Source: an uncultured Eubacteriales bacterium (GTDB lineage Bacteria; Bacillota; Clostridia; Christensenellales; UBA1242). From it: 64,000 nucleotides of DNA. The position numbers and the translations under genes were made by a program. Shown here one piece after another: positions 7,803-15,142 of this stretch. The first letter of the stretch is position 1, and every line of letters starts with the position of its first letter. The stretch lies in the NCBI GenBank assembly GCA_948514155.1, contig CAOQYA010000002.1:24002-88001 (forward strand), written 5' to 3'. The notes beneath the pieces are model-generated. The model worked only from the letters and a program-made list of their open reading frames with translations, was not told the origin of the DNA and made no database searches.

Positions 7803-9206
7803 TTATTCTTTTATAAGTTTTTCAATCGTCTCGTTTACGTCGGCAAGAGAGGAGACTGTTTGGGTGTGGCCTTTAACTTTCTCTTCGCCGTTAGTTTCGT
7901 TGTCCGCTTGCACCGACTTAACTTTTAAATCTTTGTCCATTTTCTTATCAAGCGCTTTTGAAGGCACAATTGGCTTTTCTGTAGGGGAAAGCGTTCTGTT
8001 TTCTTTAATTGGCTTTTTGATATCGAAAATCTTGGCTGCTTGAACTTCTGTTTTATCGTGCGCCATGTTTTGAGCCTCTTTAAGAGCGTTTTCGATAGGC
8101 TCTTCCATCGTTGCTGCCGCAATTTCGGTCGGCTCCTCGATAGCGATAGGCTCTTCTTTTATCTCCGGCTCGCTCATACTATTAACGCCGTTCGACCCGC
8201 CAAAATGTCTGCCGTTTCCATAGCCTTGCACACCATTTCCATACATGCCGTTTCCAAAGTTTCTGTAAGTGTCGATGTTGGTTATTCCAGGACCATAAGT
8301 GTCGGTGTTGCGATTGGGGTTAAACACGCCATTGCCATATGCGCCGTTGTTGTAGCCGTTATAGCCCCAGCCGTTATTTGGATAGCCGTTCCGGCCGTTT
8401 GCGCCATTCATGTTGTAGCCCGGCTGCATTGCAGGCTGAGGAACTTCGGCGCTGATGTCTCCGGTTTCGCCGTCGTGGCGGTCGAGGAAATTGCCGTCGT
8501 CGTGAATATCGAGATAGTCCTTGTTCTCGTCCATAGGTTTTTTCTCGATTGGTGGCTCGATTTTGTCTTCCGCCTCATTTGGCACTTCAACTTTCTCATT
8601 AGGCGCCTCTTCTTCGTTGTCGAGTCCGTCAAGAATGCTCTGAATGTTGTTAAGGGTTGAAAGGATGTTGTTCATATAGCAGTCGCGCGCCTCCATACAG
8701 CAACTTAGACGGGTGATTTTTGCGTCGATTTCGCTGCCTTCGAAATTTGAAAGTTTGGAGATGCTGCGCACGGTGTTGCGATAGTCACTCTTTGTTTTGT
8801 TGAGATTTGTTGTGTAGCGCTGCATCGCGCTCGTCAGTTCGGAAATTGCGCGTGCGTTTTCATTTCCAAGTTTCACTCCGCCGGCGATGTCTCGCTTAAT
8901 CATTTTGACTTTTTTAAGCACAGACTGCTTGTTTGTTTCGATGTTAGACGAGATGCGCTTTGCCGACTGATATGCTCCGGAGAGTTTGGAAAGTGAGATA
9001 TTGTTTGTCACTTTTTTAGAAACATTGTCAACGGAAATGTCGCCTTCCTTAAAGGTTGTGACCGCGCTCACGGTGTTAACAACTCTGTCAAGCTGCCCCG
9101 AAAGTTTGTCAATGACCGCCGCGTCATTTGAGGTGTTGTTTCCACAGCCGGTGAGAGTGAGAATGGCTGCTAGGCTAAGGCCGATAATAAAAGGTGATTT
9201 TTTCAT
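7803..9206 (-). CDS. Putative lipoprotein with a helical N-terminal half and a Gly/Asn/Tyr-rich low-complexity region
   Basis: Start set at MKKSPFIIGLSLAAILTLTGC (lipobox LTGC) after AGGAGG. Low-complexity stretch GYNMNGANGRNGYPNNGWGYNGYNNGAYGNG... Confidence 0.6.
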   Translation of the reverse strand: MKKSPFIIGLSLAAILTLTGCGNNTSNDAAVIDKLSGQLDRVVNTVSAVTTFKEGDISVDNVSKKVTNNISLSKLSGAYQSAKRISSNIETNKQSVLKKVKMIKRDIAGGVKLGNENARAISELTSAMQRYTTNLNKTKSDYRNTVRSISKLSNFEGSEIDAKITRLSCCMEARDCYMNNILSTLNNIQSILDGLDNEEEAPNEKVEVPNEAEDKIEPPIEKKPMDENKDYLDIHDDGNFLDRHDGETGDISAEVPQPAMQPGYNMNGANGRNGYPNNGWGYNGYNNGAYGNGVFNPNRNTDTYGPGITNIDTYRNFGNGMYGNGVQGYGNGRHFGGSNGVNSMSEPEIKEEPIAIEEPTEIAAATMEEPIENALKEAQNMAHDKTEVQAAKIFDIKKPIKENRTLSPTEKPIVPSKALDKKMDKDLKVKSVQADNETNGEEKVKGHTQTVSSLADVNETIEKLIKE

Positions 9207-9247
9207 AGTTCCTCCTAAAGTAAACTTAGTTTGAGCAATAAAAGGAT

Positions 9248-9276
9248 GTTTATTCTCCTGCAATTTGGAAAAAATA
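9248..9276 (+). promoter_or_regulatory. Candidate forespore (sigma-F/G type) promoter for the spoVA operon
   Basis: GTTTA (9248-9252), a 14-nt spacer, then GGAAAAAATA (9267-9276). This resembles the GYATA / GGnnAnAnTA consensus. Inspection only. Confidence 0.35.
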
Positions 9277-9318
9277 GGGTTGTGTGAAGGCGCATTTTTC
9301 AGCCTATCAGGAGAAAAG

Positions 9319-9774
9319 ATGAACAACAATCAGCGAAACGAGGCCTACAATCAATATGTTGAAGCCAGAATTCCACGAACAAAGCCGTGGCCGTCACTTT
9401 TTAATTCCTTTTGGGTGGGCGGCGTGATTTGCCTTTTGGGGCAGGCGATTGACACACTAATTCTCTATTGGTTCCCCTCGATATCGGAGCAAAACGCTTG
9501 GGCGTGGACGCTTATTGTGCTTATTTTCCTCGCTTCCTTTTTAACAGGCGTGGGTGTGTATGACAAAATCGGCAAGTTTGCAGGCGGCGGAAGCATTGTG
9601 CCAATCACCGGCTTTTCCAACTCCATTTCTTCGCCCGCAATCGAGTTTAAGCACGAGGGCATCATATATGGCACATGCGTCAAAATGTTCACTATCGCAG
9701 GGCCGGTTATTGTTGTCGGCGTCGTCGCGAGCGTGGTGGTGGGAATAATTTATTGGATAATAGGACTTTTTTAA
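9319..9774 (+). CDS. spoVAC: Stage V sporulation protein AC
   Basis: SpoVAC-like membrane protein (PITGFSNSI...) followed by spoVAD and spoVAE. ATG 9319 follows an AGGAGA-type RBS. Confidence 0.9.
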   Translation: MNNNQRNEAYNQYVEARIPRTKPWPSLFNSFWVGGVICLLGQAIDTLILYWFPSISEQNAWAWTLIVLIFLASFLTGVGVYDKIGKFAGGGSIVPITGFSNSISSPAIEFKHEGIIYGTCVKMFTIAGPVIVVGVVASVVVGIIYWIIGLF

Positions 9775-9775
9775 A

Positions 9776-10777
9776 ATGAAGCAGACGATAGAATTTCGCA
9801 ATAGACCAAAAATAATTGGCAGCTACTCGATAGTCGGCCCCAAAGAGGGACAAGGGCCATTCGGGGAGTATTTTGACTATGTCATGAAAGACGACAGCTT
9901 CGGCGAGAAGACATATGAACTTGCCGAGCGCAAGATGTTCGAGCACGCTATCACAGGCGCAATCGAAAAGGCGGGGCTAAACACCGGCGATATCAATCTG
10001 ATGCTTGCGGGGGATTTGTTAAATCAGATTATATCCTCCTCATACACGGCGCGAGATATGAACATTCCATATCTCGGGCTTTTTGGCGCTTGCTCCACTA
10101 TGGCAGAAACTTTGGCTGTGGGCGCAACGCTTGTAAACGGCAAACATTTTCGAAATGTGATTTGCGCAACGGGCTCGCACTTTTCGACGGCCGAGAGACA
10201 GTTCCGTTTCCCTCTCGAACTTGGCAATCAGCGTGTGCCGACATCGCAATGGACGGTGACCGCCGCCGGAGCGTCGGTGCTCTCGCTGGAAGGCGAGGGT
10301 CCCGAAATAACAATGGCCACCTTTGGCAAGGTGGTCGACTTTGGCATTGTGGATGTCAACAACATGGGCGCCGCAATGGCGCCGTCCGCCGCTTCTGTTA
10401 TTCACACGCATTTTGAAGACACCGGCCGCAAGCCGACCGACTACGACCTTATCGTCACCGGCGACCTCGGCAAACTCGGGGCGGAAATCTTGGTGGATCT
10501 GCTGGAAGATAAAGGCATCAAACTGGGGCCGAGTTACAGCGACTGCGGTCACAGCTATTTCACCCGCAATCAAGACACGATGTGCGGCGCCAGCGGCTGC
10601 GGAGTTAGCGCGTCGGTGCTGAATTCCTACATTGTAAAGAAGTTGAATAAAGGCGAATACAAACGAGTACTGTTCGTGCCGACGGGTGCGCTGATGTCGA
10701 CTACTGCCTCGCAGCAGGGCGAAAGTATTCCGGGTGTCAGCCATGCAATAGTTATCGAAGCGGGAGGAAGGAAATAA
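9776..10777 (+). CDS. spoVAD: Stage V sporulation protein AD (thiolase-like fold)
   Basis: 333 aa with a SpoVAD-like sequence (GACSTMAE...). Operon context. Confidence 0.9.
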   Translation: MKQTIEFRNRPKIIGSYSIVGPKEGQGPFGEYFDYVMKDDSFGEKTYELAERKMFEHAITGAIEKAGLNTGDINLMLAGDLLNQIISSSYTARDMNIPYLGLFGACSTMAETLAVGATLVNGKHFRNVICATGSHFSTAERQFRFPLELGNQRVPTSQWTVTAAGASVLSLEGEGPEITMATFGKVVDFGIVDVNNMGAAMAPSAASVIHTHFEDTGRKPTDYDLIVTGDLGKLGAEILVDLLEDKGIKLGPSYSDCGHSYFTRNQDTMCGASGCGVSASVLNSYIVKKLNKGEYKRVLFVPTGALMSTTASQQGESIPGVSHAIVIEAGGRK

Positions 10778-11136
10778 TGGGAATTGATTTTCTTTGGGCG
10801 TTTTTAATAGGCGGCGCGATATGTATGCTCGGTCAGGTGCTGATTATAACAACAAAAATCACCTCTGCGCGCATTCTCGTCACCTTTGTGCTGATTGGTG
10901 TTGTGCTGCAAGCGTTTGGACTTTTTGAGCCAATTTCCGGCTTTGCAAAAGCAGGAGTAAATGTGCCGATTATCGGCTTTGGCGCGTCGCTTGCAAAAGG
11001 AGCAATGGGCGCGGTGAAGTCGGTTGGCCTTCTTGGCGCGTTCACCGGCGGATTGCAAGCCACAGCCGGAGGAATAGCCGCCGCCGTCGGCTTTGCCTTC
11101 CTCTTCTCGCTTATCTTCAAATCAAGGACGAAATAA
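10777..11136 (+). CDS. spoVAE: Stage V sporulation protein AE (SpoVAEB-like)
   Basis: 119-aa membrane protein resembling SpoVAC/AE, overlapping the spoVAD stop. Confidence 0.85.
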   Translation: MGIDFLWAFLIGGAICMLGQVLIITTKITSARILVTFVLIGVVLQAFGLFEPISGFAKAGVNVPIIGFGASLAKGAMGAVKSVGLLGAFTGGLQATAGGIAAAVGFAFLFSLIFKSRTK

Positions 11137-11141
11137 AAAAA

Positions 11142-11164
11142 AGTTGTCGTTTGACAACTTTTTT
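11142..11164. terminator. Bidirectional terminator between spoVAE and the XRE gene
   Basis: AGTTGTC-gttt-GACAACT with A and T runs. Confidence 0.7.
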
Positions 11165-11366
11165 AATCTTCTAAGCCCAAAATATAATCGCTTGAAACTT
11201 TATAGAATTTTGCAAGTTTTATTATCATTTCAGCATCTGGATAACTTTTGTTTCTTTCCCATAAAGAAATTGTGTCTTGCGACACGCCTAACTCTTTAGC
11301 AAGTTTTGTTTGAGATAGCCCTAACTCTTTTCTTAATTCAATCAGTCTTTTCGATATTATTTCCAT
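11163..11366 (-). CDS. XRE-family helix-turn-helix transcriptional regulator (67 aa)
   Basis: LRKELGLSQTKLAKELGVSQDTISLWERNKSYP is a classic Cro/C1 HTH. Confidence 0.85.
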   Translation of the reverse strand: MEIISKRLIELRKELGLSQTKLAKELGVSQDTISLWERNKSYPDAEMIIKLAKFYKVSSDYILGLED

Positions 11367-11425
11367 AGTTTAATTTTAAAGAAACAAGCCCATAAAAATT
11401 CAATTACGAAAAAATCGCGTATTTT

Positions 11426-11632
11426 TTACCATTTAACCCTGCCAAGAAGTTCGTCAGCCGAAACATCAAAGAGGTCGCAAAGGACAACAAGACTTTCAAG
11501 GCTAGGATGTATTTTTTCGCATTCCCACAACGACACAGTGTCCTGAGAAACAAACAAAGCATCGGCAACTTCTTGCTGTGTGAGGTTGCATTGTTTTCTG
11601 AGTTCTCTGATTTTCTTTCCAATTTCTATCAT
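11426..11632 (-). CDS. XRE-family helix-turn-helix transcriptional regulator (68 aa), paralog of the neighbour
   Basis: LRKQCNLTQQEVADALFVSQDTVSLWECEKIHP. Confidence 0.85.
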   Translation of the reverse strand: MIEIGKKIRELRKQCNLTQQEVADALFVSQDTVSLWECEKIHPSLESLVVLCDLFDVSADELLGRVKW

Positions 11633-11653
11633 GTTAAAATTTTACTAGAAACA

Positions 11654-11694
11654 TTCGTAAATTATTTGACATACGAAATATTTTCGTATAAAAT
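11654..11694 (+). promoter_or_regulatory. Divergent control region: promoter with a palindromic operator
   Basis: TTGACA (11666-11671), 17 nt, then TAAAAT (11689-11694). Palindrome TACGAAA-tat-TTTCGTA (11672-11688) fills the spacer. A third TTCGTA half-site lies at 11654-11659. Confidence 0.55.
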
Positions 11695-11711
11695 TTATTT
11701 GTGGAGGTCAC

Positions 11712-12029
11712 ATGATTTGCGAAATTGTTTTTCTTTTCTTCTATCAGCCTGATTATTATCTTCAACGCAAGGCGGTGAGAAATGAATTAAGGGCATTAAA
11801 GAATGAGTTAATCGGGCAGGGTGTAAAGTTTTTTCAGTATAGGGGAAGGCTTACACATACAAAAGAAGATATTCTATCTTGCTTTGAAACTCAGTTAAGT
11901 GAACTAGAGGCTGAAAAATTTATTGTCATTTACAGCCGAGACGAAGATTTTAAAGAGTTGTATAAATTTGGTCGAGATATTGTTGGATATAAAATAAGAG
12001 AAGCAACGGTTGAAAATTATCCGATGTAA
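11712..12029 (+). CDS. Hypothetical protein (105 aa), divergent from the XRE pair
   Basis: ORF with GGAGGT upstream. No recognisable family. Confidence 0.4.
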   Translation: MICEIVFLFFYQPDYYLQRKAVRNELRALKNELIGQGVKFFQYRGRLTHTKEDILSCFETQLSELEAEKFIVIYSRDEDFKELYKFGRDIVGYKIREATVENYPM

Positions 12030-12031
12030 AT

Positions 12032-12066
12032 ATCTTGTGTCTATTATGTCATAAAACACACAAGAT
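12032..12066 (+). repeat. Copy 2 of the dispersed motif, embedded in a 9-bp-stem hairpin
   Basis: ATCTTGTGT (12032-12040) pairs with ACACAAGAT (12058-12066). The motif CTATTATGTCATAAAACACACAA is at 12041-12063. Confidence 0.7.
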
Positions 12067-12234
12067 GTAGACTAAAATTTAAAATAGCCTTGGTTTTTTG
12101 ATGTTGGCTTGTCCGGCTGCGTCGTAGGTTTTTTATGATAATGGCTATGTTCTAAAATCAAGCATCTTACATGTTATCTTACATGTTTTTAATATTTGTT
12201 CAACAAAAGCGGGGACTGAGCATATAAATTTAAT

Positions 12235-12885
12235 ATGAAAAAAGCCAAGAACAAAAGATTAGGCCTCAAAGCTAAGGCTCTCGTTTGTCTTGGCGTTCTT
12301 TTTTTGATTTTTATTGCTGCATTTTTGCATTTGACTTTGATTGTGGGACCGCTGGTGGTGGAAGTCTCGCATGCACAAGTCGACTCCGTTGCCACAACTG
12401 CCATTAGTGACGCAATCTACAAGGTGATGCTCGAGCAAAATTATAAATATGACGACTTTATCGAAATTAAATATAACAATTCGGGAGATGTTTCCTCGAT
12501 TGCGGCAAAGTCGATTGAGCTTAACAAATTTGCGCGTGAACTTTCCACTGAGGCGCAGATTGAACTTGACTCTATCACAGAACTTGGCATCAATGTTCCG
12601 CTTGGCACTTTCACCGGAATAAATGCGCTTTCCGGCGTCGGCCCAAAAGTTAAAGTTAGAATTATGCCTATCGGCTCGGTGATAACTTCTTTCAGTTCCT
12701 CTTTCACATCAAGCGGCATAAACCAAACAAAGCATGCGCTGTATATCGATGTTAACATCACAATCAGTGTTATTCTTCCGCTCACCACAAAGCATATAGA
12801 CTTTATTACGCAAGTGCTTATTTGCGAGAATATTATCGTTGGCAAAGTGCCAGAAATTTATCTTAATGGCAATTTGTTTGGCTGA
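12235..12885 (+). CDS. yunB: Sporulation protein YunB
   Basis: N-terminal TM segment, then a YunB-like core (VPLGTFTG...GPKVKVRIMPIGSV...GINQTKHALYIDV...IVGKVPEIYLN). Confidence 0.7.
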   Translation: MKKAKNKRLGLKAKALVCLGVLFLIFIAAFLHLTLIVGPLVVEVSHAQVDSVATTAISDAIYKVMLEQNYKYDDFIEIKYNNSGDVSSIAAKSIELNKFARELSTEAQIELDSITELGINVPLGTFTGINALSGVGPKVKVRIMPIGSVITSFSSSFTSSGINQTKHALYIDVNITISVILPLTTKHIDFITQVLICENIIVGKVPEIYLNGNLFG

Positions 12886-13723
12886 AAAACTCTAGAAAAT
12901 CAGCGGGAATGGGGGCGGTGATTGCCAGTTTTTCCTTGTTTGCCAAGACGATATCCGCTTTCCAAGCATGCAGCATGGTGCGCGGCGCACCGCCGCTGCC
13001 GTAGACGCTGTCGCCCACAAGCGGGTGTCCGATTGAAGCAAGATGCACTCGAATTTGATGTGTGCGCCCTTGCTCGAGAGAGATTTCAAGTAAACTCTTA
13101 TCTTCTTTTCTTTCAAGAACTTTAACAAAAGTCTTCGCGCTCTTTCCGTTTTCTGAAAGAGTGCGTTTTCTTTCGTTTATTCCGTCTTTTTGATCTGTTG
13201 AAATAGACGCGTCAATGCAAAATTCGTTTTTTTCGATTGTGTCTTCGCAAATGGCAAGATATGTCTTTTTAAAAGTGGTCATGCCGGCAGCATATTGATT
13301 TTTTGCAATAATCACAATGCCCGATGTTTCCTTGTCAAGTCTGCCAAGCGCGCGAAAGACAAAGTTTTCGTTTTTAACATATTTAACAATCGCGCCCGCC
13401 AAGTTTTCTGAAAAATGGCTGCGAGAGGGAATTGTCGCCAGTCCCGACGGCTTGTTGACAACTAAAATATCTTCATTCTCGAACAAGATTTCGAGCGGGG
13501 TGTCGCACGGCTCCACCTTTGTTGCCACTTGGTCGCGAAAAAATATTTCTACAATGTCGTTGTTTTTCACTAGGCTGCGCATGTTTGCCGGCGCGCCATT
13601 TATTTTCATTGCGTCCTTGTCTTTTCGCAGCGAAGAAATCAGGCTTTCGGAAAAGCCTTCGTCCTTTAAGAGGAAATATAGTTTTGTATAGTCCTTTTTT
13701 GGCAATAAAGTTAAATGTTTCAC
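12863..13723 (-). CDS. RluA-family 23S rRNA/tRNA pseudouridine synthase (RluD-like)
   Basis: Motifs HRLDKETSG-like (GRLDKETSGIV) and HQIRVHLASIGHPLVGD. Start uncertain: GTG 13723 was chosen because the longer ORF runs into the pheS leader region. Confidence 0.8.
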   Translation of the reverse strand: MKHLTLLPKKDYTKLYFLLKDEGFSESLISSLRKDKDAMKINGAPANMRSLVKNNDIVEIFFRDQVATKVEPCDTPLEILFENEDILVVNKPSGLATIPSRSHFSENLAGAIVKYVKNENFVFRALGRLDKETSGIVIIAKNQYAAGMTTFKKTYLAICEDTIEKNEFCIDASISTDQKDGINERKRTLSENGKSAKTFVKVLERKEDKSLLEISLEQGRTHQIRVHLASIGHPLVGDSVYGSGGAPRTMLHAWKADIVLANKEKLAITAPIPADFLEFFSQTNCH

Positions 13724-13825
13724 GCAAAAAGTATAGCATATCGTTTGACAAAAAGAAAAGAAATGTGCTAGAATTTTTATAGTTTTAAAAAGCAATGACG
13801 AAAGAACATGGCCGAGTGTTTGCAA

Positions 13826-14026
13826 ATTCAGAGAGGTTTAGGTTGGTGCGATAAACTGTTGCAATTTCGGTGAATTCACTTTCCGAGCTGTCCGGCTGAA
13901 AATTTAAGTAGGCTGGGTCGGGTGCGACCGTGATATCGCAACTTGAGGGCGCAACAAAAAGCGCTGAAATTAGGTGGTAACGTGAAAGAGAACTCTTTCG
14001 CCCTAATGTGGCGGGGGAGTTTTTTT
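13826..14026 (+). promoter_or_regulatory. T-box leader (tRNA-Phe-responsive) with terminator/antiterminator, upstream of pheS
   Basis: T-box sequence AAATTAGGTGGTAACGTG (13967-13984). Terminator CTCTTTCGCC-ctaatgt-GGCGGGGGAG plus a T-run (13993-14026). UUC triplets are present in the upstream stem region. Confidence 0.8.
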
Positions 14027-14039
14027 AAAAGGAGAGAGC

Positions 14040-15059
14040 ATGATAGAAAAATTGCAGAAAATTAAAGAAAATGCGAGTGCTGAACTTTCGGGTGTTTCCG
14101 ATAAGGCGACGCTTGCCGCTTACAAGGTTAAATTTCTGGGCAAGCAGGGTGCTTTGACCGAAGTTTTGAGGGGGATGCGCGAAGTTTCGCCGGAGGACAG
14201 GCCTAAAGTTGGCGCACTTGTCAACGAAATTCGCGATGCAATCGAAAGTGCTGTTGCGGCAAAAGAAAGGGAGTTTGAAAGGGCAGAACTTGAAAAAGAA
14301 CTTGCAAGTTCTTTCATTGACATTTCGGAGCCTTCAAAAGGTCATGAAAAGGGCGCTCTGCATCCTCTTTCTCGCGTTTATGAAACTCTGATTGACGCTT
14401 GTGTGAACATCGGCTTTAAAGTTGTTGACGGACCAGAGGTGGAACTTGATTATTACAACTTTGAAGCGCTCAATGTGCCAAAAAATCACCCGGCGAGGGA
14501 TATGCAAGACACTTTCTTTATCTCCGACAATCTCCTTCTTCGCTCGCAGACATCTTCTGTGCAGGCGCGTGCAATGAAGTCGCTCACTCCGCCGTTTAAG
14601 ATAATTTCACCCGGTCGAGTTTACAGAAATGATAGCGACGCCACACACTCGCCGGTTTTTCACCAAATGGAAGGGCTTGTTGTGGACGAAAATGTGTCTA
14701 TGGCCGACCTTAAGAGCATGCTGACTTCGCTGATGCGCAAAACTTTTGGCGAAAACACTGAGCTTCGCTTCCGTCCGTCCTTCTTCCCATTCACCGAGCC
14801 GTCTGTCGAGGTTGATGTAACTTGCCCAACTTGCCACGGCGAGGGCTGCCGCATTTGCAAGGGAACCGGCTTCTTGGAACTGCTCGGAGCGGGAATTGTC
14901 AACCCAAAAGTGCTTGAAATGGGCGGAATAGACAGCAAGAAATATCGCGGCTTTGCTTTCGGCTTTGGAGTTGACCGTGTGGCAATGGTCAAAGACGGAA
15001 TAGGCGATATCCGCTCGATGTTTAGAAATGATATTCGTTTCTTAAAACAAATGAAATAG
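14040..15059 (+). CDS. pheS: Phenylalanyl-tRNA synthetase alpha subunit
   Basis: Class II aaRS motifs (FRPSFFPFTEPS, GFAFGFGVDR). Confidence 0.95.
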   Translation: MIEKLQKIKENASAELSGVSDKATLAAYKVKFLGKQGALTEVLRGMREVSPEDRPKVGALVNEIRDAIESAVAAKEREFERAELEKELASSFIDISEPSKGHEKGALHPLSRVYETLIDACVNIGFKVVDGPEVELDYYNFEALNVPKNHPARDMQDTFFISDNLLLRSQTSSVQARAMKSLTPPFKIISPGRVYRNDSDATHSPVFHQMEGLVVDENVSMADLKSMLTSLMRKTFGENTELRFRPSFFPFTEPSVEVDVTCPTCHGEGCRICKGTGFLELLGAGIVNPKVLEMGGIDSKKYRGFAFGFGVDRVAMVKDGIGDIRSMFRNDIRFLKQMK

Positions 15060-15142
15060 TATTCTGTTATTAAATTATAACAAAATAGACTTTAAAAAAT
15101 GCTATTATGTTATATAAGCATAATTAAATTCGAGGAGAAAAT

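Noticed and set aside
10040-10744. 234-aa ORF antisense to spoVAD, plus several other 60-110-aa ORFs in the same region
   Set aside because: It lies entirely within the well-supported spoVAD gene, in a locally GC-rich stretch where stop codons are rare. The product is Arg/Ala/His-rich low-complexity sequence with no RBS.
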